Source of the DNA: a virus
IMG/VR virus record: IMGVR_UViG_3300027365_000002
Strand: one strand, 5' to 3'
DNA: 45,573 bases
In this document: positions 1-8,544 of the stretch, one piece after another
How positions within the stretch are numbered: the first letter of the stretch is position 1
How the letters are laid out: each line of letters opens with the position of its first letter
Position numbers and translations under genes: made by a program
The notes under the pieces: model-generated
What the model saw: the letters and a program-made list of their open reading frames with translations, nothing else
The model's database searches: none
What the model was told of the DNA's origin: nothing

Positions 1-922
1 GGCCCAGCAAGATAGCGCACAATCGTCGCTTATCAGCACGCTGGAGTCACTGCAAGCCGAAGCCGAGGCCCAGCAAGATAGCGCACAATCGTCGCTTATC
101 AGCACGCTGGAGTCACTGCAAGCCGAAGCCGAGGCCCAGCAAGATAGCGCACAATCGTCGCTTATCAGCACGCTGGAGTCACTGCAAGCCGAAGCCGAGG
201 CCCAGCAAGATAGCGCACAATCGTCGCTTATCAGTACGCTGGAGTCACTGCAAGCCGAAGCCGAGGCCCAGCAGGCATCTGCACAGCAGCAACTGCAATC
301 GGCTCAGCAAGCGATGCTCGGCGAGCAGGAGCAAGCGCGGCTGACGCTCGTTGATCAGTTGCAGGCTCAAGTTGATACGCTCTACGGGATCAACAATATT
401 GCCGAGCTGCTTGATGCGCTGCCGGGCAGTATCGCCGATCAGATCAAGGGCGCAATTACATCAAGTGGCTCAGGATCATCAAGCGGATTTGATGAAGCGG
501 CCTATCTCGCAGCCTATCCCGATGTTGCCCGCGAAGTGGCTCAAGGAAAGCTGGATTCCGGTCTGGAGCATTATTTGAAGTACGGCGCTGCCGAAGGGCG
601 CTCGCCCAACGGTTCGCACGCAAGCGGGCTGTGGAACGTGCCGTTCGACGGCTACCGGGCGGTCCTGCACAAGGATGAAGCGGTATTGCCGGCCCGCTCC
701 GGGATTGCTGATGAGTTTCGGGCGATGGCCTCGGGTCAGTCGCAGAAAGAGCTGGTCAGGGAGGTGCAGGCGCTTCGTCAAGAAGTGTCGATGCTCCGCG
801 CCGACCGCTCCCGCGATGCCGCCCAGGCAGCCGATCAGCGCAATCAGCAGATCCGCGAGCAGCAGAAAACCAGCCGCAACGTCAAGCAGCGTGCAACCAA
901 GCAAGGAGTCGGCATGACATGA
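1..922 (+). CDS. Tape measure protein, C-terminal part (continuation of the ORF that runs off the window at 45573)
   Basis: Frame +2 is open from position 2 to TGA 920-922, with the same frame and 66-bp repeat as at 45407-45573. The C-terminal motif GSHASGLWNVPFDGYRAVLHKDEAVLP is typical of TMP C-termini. The track ORF 314..922 is only the Met-initiated tail of it. Confidence 0.85.
   Translation, partial: AQQDSAQSSLISTLESLQAEAEAQQDSAQSSLISTLESLQAEAEAQQDSAQSSLISTLESLQAEAEAQQDSAQSSLISTLESLQAEAEAQQASAQQQLQSAQQAMLGEQEQARLTLVDQLQAQVDTLYGINNIAELLDALPGSIADQIKGAITSSGSGSSSGFDEAAYLAAYPDVAREVAQGKLDSGLEHYLKYGAAEGRSPNGSHASGLWNVPFDGYRAVLHKDEAVLPARSGIADEFRAMASGQSQKELVREVQALRQEVSMLRADRSRDAAQAADQRNQQIREQQKTSRNVKQRATKQGVGMT
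2..265 (+). repeat. Four tandem in-frame copies of a 66-bp unit (22 aa: AQQDSAQSSLISTLESLQAEAE) inside the tape-measure gene
   Basis: Units start at 2, 68, 134 and 200. They are identical except one synonymous C>T at 235. A diverged fifth unit starts at 266. Confidence 0.95.
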
Positions 923-2271
923 CAGACGCTCAATACGCGGCCTGGCTGGCGGATCTGTCGGCCTCGCGCATCGTGTTGTGTGAGCTGGATTACGCGGGCG
1001 GGACGGAGTACATCTCCTCCCGCCCGTTTATTTCCCGGCCCACCGACGCGAATCCGAACCGCATCTACGACGACCTGCTCTCCGAAGCCGTGGACATCGA
1101 GACGCGCATCGACGGGCTGATTAGCTTCGGCGAGATCAGCTTGATCGACGACGGCTCGATTACCGACTGGGTCAACCGGGCGTGGCAGGGGCATGAAATC
1201 CGGCTCTACCTCGGCGATCCCGAGTGGTCGCTGGACGATTTCCGACTCCACGCGCGAGGCATCAACGGCGGTATCACGGAATCCAGGCGCGGTTCGCTGA
1301 CGTTCGAGATGCACGACCAGTCGGCGAAACTGGACGAGGTGATCGATACCGGATCATTGCCCAATGACGGCGGCCCGGTGCCGCTCGCATTGGGCAGCGT
1401 CTACAACGCCCCGGCATTTCGCTCATCGACCACGACGCTGGAGTACACGGCGTCCTATCTCTCCGTCACGTCGCTGACGCCCAAGGACATTGGTAACAGC
1501 GTGCCGAGCACTGATGATCTGGCGAACGGCAAATTCACGCTCGATAATGCCACTAACGGCGAGCTGACGGTCGACATCGAAGAATCGCACAATACCCCCG
1601 CCCAGGTGGTGCAGTGGGTAGCCGATCACTACGGCATCACCGTCAGCGCGACATCGCTGCCTGGGTACGCCGTGGGGCTCTATTACAGCTCGGAAGTCAC
1701 CGGGCGGCAGATCCTCGATGATCTCTGCGACGGGCTTGGCGCTTACTGGTATCTCGATGCCGTGGGCGGGTTGGTCGTACGGCAATCTGTCGAGCCAACG
1801 ACGGCGGACGTGACGCTGTTCGACGATGGCATCGAATACGACCAGATCGGACTCAGTGAAACTCAAGCGCCCTGGAAATCGCTGACTCTGCGCTGGGGCC
1901 GCAATTATTCCCCGCTGCGCACTGTGGCCGGGGTCATCGAGGACAACGACGCGACTGAGGCCGCTCGTCTCAAGCGTAAATGGTCGGAGTCGAACGCCTC
2001 GCAGGCGATGAGCGACTACCCGCTCGCCGAGGAGGTGACGCGGGATAGCTGCATCGCCAACGCCACGGATGCCGCAACCGAGCGCGACCGCCTGCTGGCA
2101 TTGCGCAACGTCCGCCGCAATGTGTTCTCGATTGATGCGTTTCTGCCGGTCGTCGAGGTCGGTCAGTCGATTAGCGTCGAGCATCCACGCATGGCCGGAA
2201 AAGTCGGCCGAATCATCTCTGTCTCCCGTTCGCCGACGCGCGGCATCACCAGTCTGGAGGTATGGGTATGA
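919..2271 (+). CDS. Tail-tip / distal tail protein (function by position, first gene after TMP)
   Basis: The ATG overlaps the TMP stop (ATGACATGA). It is a 450-aa ORF with normal composition. No family was recognised by eye. Confidence 0.7.
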   Translation: MTDAQYAAWLADLSASRIVLCELDYAGGTEYISSRPFISRPTDANPNRIYDDLLSEAVDIETRIDGLISFGEISLIDDGSITDWVNRAWQGHEIRLYLGDPEWSLDDFRLHARGINGGITESRRGSLTFEMHDQSAKLDEVIDTGSLPNDGGPVPLALGSVYNAPAFRSSTTTLEYTASYLSVTSLTPKDIGNSVPSTDDLANGKFTLDNATNGELTVDIEESHNTPAQVVQWVADHYGITVSATSLPGYAVGLYYSSEVTGRQILDDLCDGLGAYWYLDAVGGLVVRQSVEPTTADVTLFDDGIEYDQIGLSETQAPWKSLTLRWGRNYSPLRTVAGVIEDNDATEAARLKRKWSESNASQAMSDYPLAEEVTRDSCIANATDAATERDRLLALRNVRRNVFSIDAFLPVVEVGQSISVEHPRMAGKVGRIISVSRSPTRGITSLEVWV

Positions 2272-3086
2272 GCGCGAACATGCGCCTCATCATCGACAAC
2301 GTGCATGACAGCGCGACGCTGACGGCCACGAGTGAGGCATTGCCGGTCGATTACACGCAGCGTTCTGGACGCTCCTACGTCTGGCGGTCCAGCGACTTAT
2401 CAGGGCAGGTCATAACGGCACAACTGGACTCAACATCATATATCGATGCTGTCGTACTATACCGCCACAACCTGTACACAACGGCAACGGCCAGAGTCGA
2501 ACTGCTTTATAACGGAGACGTTGTCTATGACAGCGGCACACTTCGAACATCGGAACTGATACCGCCTCCCAGGCTACGCATCGGAATTGATTCGTGGGGC
2601 GCTACCTACGATGAGAACATGCCGGTATTGATGAAGCCGATATGGGTTAACCCCACCCGGATTACCGGCTATCGCATCACGTTGAGCGATCCTGACAACC
2701 CTGATGGTTATATGCAGATCGGGCGGATTATTTCGGGAATATCATTCTCACCAGAGTATAATCCGGCGTATGGTCTGCAACTCGAATGGCAGGAATCCGT
2801 AGAGCACCGCAGAACAGAAGCCGGATCGTTGCGCTCGATTGGTGGTGGACTTGCACGACGCTTGGCGCTTGATCTCAACTTCCTGTCAGACGCTGACCGG
2901 ACGAAACTCACGACAGAACTCGTAAAGCGCGGAAAGGGATCGGACGTGTTTATCAGTGTTTACCCAGAGCAAGGCGGGATTAAAGAGGTTGAGCACTCCT
3001 TCCTTGCCCGTCGTGACGATAACTACTCGCACACGCACAACTTTTATGCCAACTGGCAATCCAGTCTACCCTTTGTCGAGGTGTAA
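2268..3086 (+). CDS. Tail-tip / baseplate-like protein (by position)
   Basis: GGAGG lies 7 nt upstream of ATG 2268; the track start 2262 sits too close to the RBS. The start overlaps the upstream stop. GC content drops visibly from about 2380. Confidence 0.7.
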   Translation: MSANMRLIIDNVHDSATLTATSEALPVDYTQRSGRSYVWRSSDLSGQVITAQLDSTSYIDAVVLYRHNLYTTATARVELLYNGDVVYDSGTLRTSELIPPPRLRIGIDSWGATYDENMPVLMKPIWVNPTRITGYRITLSDPDNPDGYMQIGRIISGISFSPEYNPAYGLQLEWQESVEHRRTEAGSLRSIGGGLARRLALDLNFLSDADRTKLTTELVKRGKGSDVFISVYPEQGGIKEVEHSFLARRDDNYSHTHNFYANWQSSLPFVEV

Positions 3087-3088
3087 TA

Positions 3089-4078
3089 ATGGCGACATTC
3101 CCAACGATTGATTTCTCGCAATACCAGTGGGTGGTCGATGACCAGAACTACCTCGATAAATGGAACTCGATGCAGTCTGCACTGAATACGCTTCAGGGCA
3201 ATATCGACACTTTCGGCACGGACATGAACGCGCTGAACGCCAGCGCTACTCAGTCAGCTAACGCTGCCAGCGCATCGGCTGATACGGCGACGCAAAAAGC
3301 CAGCGATGCCTCCACCTCTGCAACCAATGCTGCATCATCTGCATCCGCAGCGGCGACTAGCGAAAGCAATGCCGCATCATCTGAATCGAATGCGGCGTCA
3401 TCAGCCTCTGCTGCATCCACCTCCGAGACGAATGCAGCCAGCTCGGCATCGTCTGCATCCGCCTCTGCAACCAATGCCGCCAATTCGGCGCAGGCGGCAG
3501 CGACCAGCGAATCCAACGCCGCCGACACGCTGACCGATTTTCTCAAGCGCTACCTTGGGGCGAAATCTTCACCGCCGACCACCGACAACAGCGGCAATCC
3601 GCTGATCGTCGGCGCGCTCTACTACAGCACTGCAATCGGCGACGAGGGGATGCGGCAGTGGACCGGAATGCAGTGGGAGAACGCCTACGCGACCATTGAT
3701 GGTGTGACGTGGTCCGGGGTCAGCGGAAAACCAGAGACGGCGACACGCTGGCCGTCAACCAGCGAGGTCACCGGGCTCTCGACAGCATTTGGCGCCAAAC
3801 GGGACACCCGGGAGACGGTTGTCTCTGTCACTACCAGCAGGACACTGACGCTTTACGCCACCCATGCACTGCTGGCCGAGGTCAGCGTCTCGCTGCCCAC
3901 CGGGCCTGCGGCCGGTGACTGGGTGTACGTGATCAACCTATCAGGCTCAGAGGCCTGCACGGTGACGACCAGTGACAGCGTGATCCAGGGCGGCGACAGC
4001 ACCCTGACGATCGACAAGTTGAACGCGGCACTGACCCTGATCTATATCGACGCGACCCGCGGCTGGGTCCTGGCATAA
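3089..4078 (+). CDS. Tail fibre protein with N-terminal Ala/Ser/Asn-rich degenerate repeats
   Basis: GAGGTG RBS. Residues about 50-150 are degenerate S-A-x-x-S-x-x-N-A-A repeats (TSESNAASSESNAASSASAASTSETNAASS), as in many phage tail-fibre shafts. Confidence 0.75.
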   Translation: MATFPTIDFSQYQWVVDDQNYLDKWNSMQSALNTLQGNIDTFGTDMNALNASATQSANAASASADTATQKASDASTSATNAASSASAAATSESNAASSESNAASSASAASTSETNAASSASSASASATNAANSAQAAATSESNAADTLTDFLKRYLGAKSSPPTTDNSGNPLIVGALYYSTAIGDEGMRQWTGMQWENAYATIDGVTWSGVSGKPETATRWPSTSEVTGLSTAFGAKRDTRETVVSVTTSRTLTLYATHALLAEVSVSLPTGPAAGDWVYVINLSGSEACTVTTSDSVIQGGDSTLTIDKLNAALTLIYIDATRGWVLA

Positions 4079-4088
4079 GGAGCGAACA

Positions 4089-4892
4089 ATGAGCAACCTG
4101 AGTGATTTTTTTGGGGGTGGTGGGGGCGGTAACACCTCTGTATACGGGATAACGCCTGTTGAAGTTTTGGCATCGTACCCCGGAACCGCATACAACGGCT
4201 TTGGGCATCCAGAAAACACTGGAGGGTCTGTTCATGTAAGTAATTCAAACGCGTCATGGTACTACTATGAGCAAGGGTCACTAGTCTGGTCCATACCCCC
4301 TACCGCTGTTACCACCTCCACTGATATTGTAGGCGTGTGCTGGTATAGCCAGAACAGTTTGTTGTTTGTATTCACAGATGCTGCGACGACATATTTCATC
4401 CGTGAAGTGTCTATAGTCGATGGCTCTTTTTCCGGTGTTTCTGTTGATCTAACAGTAAGTAATTCCAAAATTAGCGCAGATGAAATCAACAATGGGATAT
4501 GGCACAAGGCAGACCTTACCGGGTTCTATATCGGAGGGGCTGATTATTTGGTAGAGCTAGACAACGCCTTTTCTGTCGTAAAGGAAACCAGCGCTAACGG
4601 AAGGATGACGACGCTTGACGGGCTGAGCGTGCTCATACAAAGTAATACGAATGCCTATTCTGACGGTGCAAGTATCTCCATTTCCAATAATGCAAAAAGT
4701 CTTGGCTTAACCTTTTACCGCGCGGAAGGGATTGGTCTAACTCCCAGCGATTACTTCGCGGGTTACCAACTATTCTGCACCGACTATAACGGGTTTGTTC
4801 AGCAACTTGGCAGAGCCCCATTTAGAGCATCAATGGCATCGTTTTCAAAAACTATCAAAGAGGCCTATGTGGCGCTCGGAGGAATCTTGTGA
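4089..4892 (+). CDS. Putative receptor-binding / tail-fibre-associated protein (hypothetical)
   Basis: AAGGAG RBS. N-terminus is MSNLSDFFGGGGGGN. The DNA is markedly AT-richer than the rest of the genome. It follows the fibre gene. Confidence 0.6.
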   Translation: MSNLSDFFGGGGGGNTSVYGITPVEVLASYPGTAYNGFGHPENTGGSVHVSNSNASWYYYEQGSLVWSIPPTAVTTSTDIVGVCWYSQNSLLFVFTDAATTYFIREVSIVDGSFSGVSVDLTVSNSKISADEINNGIWHKADLTGFYIGGADYLVELDNAFSVVKETSANGRMTTLDGLSVLIQSNTNAYSDGASISISNNAKSLGLTFYRAEGIGLTPSDYFAGYQLFCTDYNGFVQQLGRAPFRASMASFSKTIKEAYVALGGIL

Positions 4893-5299
4893 TGCGCACT
4901 GTACAGTTTCTTGTTGAACACATTCCCGGAAGTAGGCTGATAAGCTACCCAGATGACAAGGCACTATTTGCAAACGTGCGTATTGTTGGCGATTACGTAG
5001 TTGCCGATTATGACGGGAGCCTTGCGCTGGAGGATTACGCACCAATCGATACCAGCCCTCGCCACATCACAGTCGGCGCTTTTTTCGACCGCTTCGGCGA
5101 TCAGAAGTACCCGATCCTGTCGAGTGCCGACCCCAACGTGAAAGCGCTGATCACCGACTGCACGGTGCGCGAGTATATCGACCTGGACTCGTCGACGCTG
5201 CCGGGCGGGTTGCAGATGCTGGTCGATGCCGGATTCACCATTGACCCGGATGCGGTGCTGTCGGCACCGGTGCAGGACAGCGAGCGTCCAAGGCGGTGA
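4892..5299 (+). CDS. Hypothetical protein, last gene of the tail operon (possible fibre accessory or assembly protein)
   Basis: ATG 4892 overlaps the upstream stop (TGATG); the track start 4889 is a GTG. An intrinsic terminator follows. Confidence 0.6.
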   Translation: MRTVQFLVEHIPGSRLISYPDDKALFANVRIVGDYVVADYDGSLALEDYAPIDTSPRHITVGAFFDRFGDQKYPILSSADPNVKALITDCTVREYIDLDSSTLPGGLQMLVDAGFTIDPDAVLSAPVQDSERPRR

Positions 5300-5352
5300 C
5301 GTGGGAGAGCCTGGCGGGCTGAGCCCTATCACAACGCGCCCGACATGCAAGC

Positions 5353-5378
5353 GCCCCGGCTCCGGCCGGGGCGTTTTT
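5353..5378 (+). terminator. Rho-independent terminator ending the late operon
   Basis: Stem GCCCCGGC (5353-5360), loop tccg, stem GCCGGGGC (5365-5372), then GTTTTT. Confidence 0.8.
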
Positions 5379-5399
5379 GCGTTCAGCGGCGGGCAGAAA

Positions 5400-5636
5400 T
5401 GTGGTCTCTGTGAGACAGATGCCGATTTTTGAGACTGGCTCCTGTGCAGCATACTGATTCGCAAGAACAAATGGCGGGGGATGAGTTCCATGTGTGAGCT
5501 CACGTAAAAGCGCAATTCCGCCTGTTAAATCAAAATCATGGGGGTTTCTGACTGTCTCACAATTTTCGGCACTTCGCGGGGTTAAGTGCCTGTTTTCCCG
5601 TTTTCGGGGCGAGTGTTGTGAGACAGCTTCTCGGGG
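5400..5636. other. Candidate attP region
   Basis: Non-coding gap between the late terminator and the int stop. TGTGAGACAG occurs at 5409-5418 and 5617-5626, and inverted at 5552-5561. A perfect 10-bp palindrome GTGAGCTCAC lies at 5494-5503. Confidence 0.5.
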
Positions 5637-6647
5637 TCATTTGACGGGCCTGACGGCCTTTGATTTCCGGCGGTAGTGCTGGCGCGTGACGGCGACGCTG
5701 GAGTGTCCGAGCAACTCCTGGGCCCGGGCATCGTTCTCGGCGTCCGAGCCGACCTTGGCGCGCAGATCGTGCTGGGTGAAGCGGGCTTCGAGCTTGGTCT
5801 GGTCGATGGCCTTCTGCATCGTGTCGCGCCACTTGCCGTCCCAGGTCTGGGTCAGCCCGTCGGGATTCACGTAGCATTGCCCACGGTGATTGGGCAGCAG
5901 GTACAGGCTGGCCTTCGGCTTGCAGGCACGGGCCTCGGCGATGGCCTGGCGCAGCGCCTCTGTCAGCACGAATGAGATGCTCTTGCCGGTCTTGCTGATT
6001 TGGACCGTCAGCTCCTTCTCGCCGATGTGGGCATCCATGATCCTCAGGCAGTCGCTCTTGCGGACGCCCGTCAGCATGATGATGGCGGCGAAGGCACGCT
6101 GCTGATCGCTGGCCACGCGCTGCCATTCAGCGAGCTCCCAGTCCTCGATGTAGCGGGTGCGCGCCTTCTTGAGGCCGTCCCGGATCCCGTACGCTTTGAC
6201 GTGCCCCTTGATCGGGTGGCGGTCGATGACGCCCCAGCGGACGGCGAAGTCGAGCACGCGGTTGAGAACCTTCAAATCCTGGTTGGCGACCTGCATGCTC
6301 TTCTTCTGCTGGACCTCGTCCAGGTAGCGGTAGACGAACTTCGGCACGATGACCTGAACAGGGTTGTCGCCCATCACTCGGCGCAGCCGGTCAAGGCTCT
6401 GCCGGTAGTTGTTCTGGGCGCTATAGCTCAGCGTCGGCAGCACCTCGAGCGTGTAGCGGTCGATCAGGCTGGCCAGCGTGTCGCCCGTCTGCATGTCCAT
6501 GCGGTCCGCGAAGGCACGCAGCGCCTCGCCGTAGCTGGTGCCGAGGCGAAACCAGCTCTTACCTTCGAACACCGCGTGCTCGCTCTCCCGGGGCCGGTAG
6601 TAGAACGCGCCATGCTTGTAGGCCCAGCGCTTCGGCATGCCCTTCAT
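5637..6647 (-). CDS. int: Tyrosine recombinase / phage integrase
   Basis: 336 aa. The C-terminal catalytic signature HDLRAKVGS...LLGHSSVAVTRQHY supplies the H-x-x-R, H and Y residues. GGAGAGAGG RBS. Confidence 0.9.
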   Translation of the reverse strand: MKGMPKRWAYKHGAFYYRPRESEHAVFEGKSWFRLGTSYGEALRAFADRMDMQTGDTLASLIDRYTLEVLPTLSYSAQNNYRQSLDRLRRVMGDNPVQVIVPKFVYRYLDEVQQKKSMQVANQDLKVLNRVLDFAVRWGVIDRHPIKGHVKAYGIRDGLKKARTRYIEDWELAEWQRVASDQQRAFAAIIMLTGVRKSDCLRIMDAHIGEKELTVQISKTGKSISFVLTEALRQAIAEARACKPKASLYLLPNHRGQCYVNPDGLTQTWDGKWRDTMQKAIDQTKLEARFTQHDLRAKVGSDAENDARAQELLGHSSVAVTRQHYRRKSKAVRPVK

Positions 6648-6658
6648 CGCCTCTCTCC

Positions 6659-6880
6659 CTAGATCTCGCCGAGGTTCAATATCGCCTCGCGCGGCCCATC
6701 ATCATTCGCGGCGCGGCCGCCCAGCACCTCGATGGCTTTCGAGCGCAGCACTACCGGCCAGCCATCGGCATTTACCCCGTAGGGAATGCCTAGCGCGTCA
6801 AGTTGCAGGCGCTGCGAGGCCCGCTGTGCGCAGCCCGTGACATCCCGCACTTCATCTCGTGACAAAACCAATCCTGCCAT
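6659..6880 (-). CDS. DUF4224-like small protein (excisionase / recombination directionality factor candidate)
   Basis: 73 aa, immediately upstream of int, with an AGGAGG RBS. The pattern LSRDEVRDVTGC...QRLQLDALGIPY...GWPVV resembles DUF4224 proteins found next to integrases. Confidence 0.6.
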   Translation of the reverse strand: MAGLVLSRDEVRDVTGCAQRASQRLQLDALGIPYGVNADGWPVVLRSKAIEVLGGRAANDDGPREAILNLGEI

Positions 6881-6939
6881 GGTCGCCTCCTATGTATCCT
6901 GCCGGCTATCGCCGGTCGCGTGGACCCCGATGCAGTCGC

Positions 6940-7455
6940 TCAATCTCCAACGTGGCGCCGGCCGCCGTGCCCGCGGCCGCCACTTTCCCGCCATTGCTGT
7001 TCCCGCTGGACCCAGTCGGGCGGCTCCTTTCCCTTCTTCTCATTTCGCGCCTTCAATGCCTCCTGCACTTCTGGGAACGCCAGTACCTGGTCCCGCTGCT
7101 CGATGATTCGCTGCTGGCGCCGGATGATGCCGAGGGCGACGTCGGCTACCTCCCATTCGTTGGCGGGCTTCTCGCCGTCCTGGCGGACCTTGCCGAGCCC
7201 GTAGCAGCCGCCGCATGGCTGGCTCTTGTTGCCCTTGATCTGGTCCGTGCCGGTGCCCATGCAGACGGTGCAGTCGTCGGTGGCGATCGGCCGCCAGTTG
7301 GTCTCCCAGTCCTTGGCCGTGGTCGCCGTCTCGGTCTCGTGATCGAGATCCCGATAGACGACGATCATCTGCGACTCGAGCGACATATCGCCGTTGTAGT
7401 GGGCGAGCATGGCGTATCGCCCGCCCTGGGTGACGTGGGTGTGGGTCGGGGTCAC
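6940..7455 (-). CDS. Hypothetical protein with a DnaJ-type CxxCxGxG zinc-finger pair
   Basis: CTVCMGTG and CGGCYGLG are about 15 residues apart. The GTG start overlaps the upstream stop (GTGA) and has a GGAGAGGAG RBS. Confidence 0.6.
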   Translation of the reverse strand: MTPTHTHVTQGGRYAMLAHYNGDMSLESQMIVVYRDLDHETETATTAKDWETNWRPIATDDCTVCMGTGTDQIKGNKSQPCGGCYGLGKVRQDGEKPANEWEVADVALGIIRRQQRIIEQRDQVLAFPEVQEALKARNEKKGKEPPDWVQREQQWRESGGRGHGGRRHVGD

Positions 7456-7835
7456 GCGGTGGGCTCCTCTCCCTGACGAGGAGTCTCTCGGGCCCAGACC
7501 TGAACGGGGCCATCCTCGGTGTCATGGATCGACAGCAGGAACCAGGCTCCGAATAGATGCTGATGGTCCTGAATGATTGAGCGCTCGCCGCGAGAAGGCG
7601 GGCACAGAGCCCAGGCCGTAATATCCCCGCTTCCTTTTTCGAAGTAATCGATAAACGCCTGACTCTCCTCGTCCTCGTATTCGAGTTCGACGATGCATAT
7701 CTCGAGGTGATGCTCGGTGAGCCATTCGTCGACTTCTGAGCGCGGAACACACTCCCGCCCATTGCAGAACTCGTCCCATGCTGAGTGGGTCCAATGACCG
7801 TTAGAGTCGCGTTTCACTTCCTCTGGCTGGATCAT
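7452..7835 (-). CDS. Hypothetical acidic protein
   Basis: The start was trimmed to ATG 7835 (MIQPEEV), which is preceded by AGGAGG. The longer track ORF (to 7925) has an Arg/Pro-rich N-terminus overlapping the upstream gene. Confidence 0.6.
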   Translation of the reverse strand: MIQPEEVKRDSNGHWTHSAWDEFCNGRECVPRSEVDEWLTEHHLEICIVELEYEDEESQAFIDYFEKGSGDITAWALCPPSRGERSIIQDHQHLFGAWFLLSIHDTEDGPVQVWARETPRQGEEPTA

Positions 7836-7843
7836 GATTCCTC

Positions 7844-8119
7844 CTATGCCGCGATCCGGCGCTTTGCCCGGGCGATGTCCGCCAGGCGGTGGGTTGAGAC
7901 GATGCCGACGATGGAGCGGCGCCACAGCTCGTGGGTGAGCTGGCGCTCGCGCTCCATGTCGATCTCTGCGCCCTTCGGCGCGAACAGCGCCATCGAGCGG
8001 ATGCCTTGGCTGGTGAATCGGTACCAGATGATGTCGGCCGGCACGCCGGTTTCCTGAGCGGCCTGCTGGGCGTGGATTGGCCGGTTGGTTCTCGGGTCGA
8101 TGATTGGGCCTAGTGGCAT
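7844..8119 (-). CDS. Hypothetical protein
   Basis: 91 aa, GGAGA RBS, same strand and packing as the neighbouring genes. Confidence 0.55.
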   Translation of the reverse strand: MPLGPIIDPRTNRPIHAQQAAQETGVPADIIWYRFTSQGIRSMALFAPKGAEIDMERERQLTHELWRRSIVGIVSTHRLADIARAKRRIAA

Positions 8120-8544
8120 GGTGAGATCTCCGTCAGCTCGAGGACCGGGTGCCAGCCGTGGTAATCAGGGCTTCGTGGGTCTGGGGAGCCCAAGTAGCGC
8201 TTGCGCTCAATGACTTCGCCGGCCAGCACCAGATAGCGCACATGGGCGCCGATAGGCTCATGGACTTCGAAGGGGTGCTCGATGCCTGCGCGCCGCCTGG
8301 CGTTGAGCAGATCCCCGTAATCCACCGGGCCGCTTTCCAGTTGTTCGCGCACCCAGGCCATGATGGCTGGGTCGTAGGGCGTGAATTCCCAGCTGGCGCC
8401 GGTGTGGCGGTGCCAGCCATCTCGCCATCGCGACTCTTTCTCCCGCTCCGGATGCGAAAAGGTAGGGCCTGTGCACACGCCGCGAGGCGGGGCTGCGGCT
8501 GGCATGCTCTCGAATAGGTCGGGGGTATGGGTATCGGCTATCAC
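8110..8544 (-). CDS. Hypothetical protein
   Basis: 144 aa. The GTG start overlaps the upstream stop (GTGA). Confidence 0.55.
   Translation of the reverse strand: MIADTHTPDLFESMPAAAPPRGVCTGPTFSHPEREKESRWRDGWHRHTGASWEFTPYDPAIMAWVREQLESGPVDYGDLLNARRRAGIEHPFEVHEPIGAHVRYLVLAGEVIERKRYLGSPDPRSPDYHGWHPVLELTEISPCH

Noticed and set aside
1-265. Regular 66-bp direct repeats at both window ends could be taken for a CRISPR array or for phage terminal repeats (DTR).
   Set aside because: The units are contiguous with no spacers, are in frame and are translated as part of the tape-measure ORF. The packaging genes are lambda cos-type, and the end identity is best explained by a circular-assembly overlap.
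3250-3546. Antisense and out-of-frame ORFs within the tail-fibre Ala/Ser repeat region (3250..3546 minus, 3306..3533 plus).
   Set aside because: These are low-complexity artefacts of the GCn/TCn-rich repeat. The fibre frame is the only one continuous with flanking non-repetitive sequence.
5226-5676. Short ORFs in the attP gap (5226..5432, 5494..5676, and the 4964..5515 minus ORF).
   Set aside because: They span the terminator and the repeat motifs, have no RBS and have odd composition. The region is better explained as attP.
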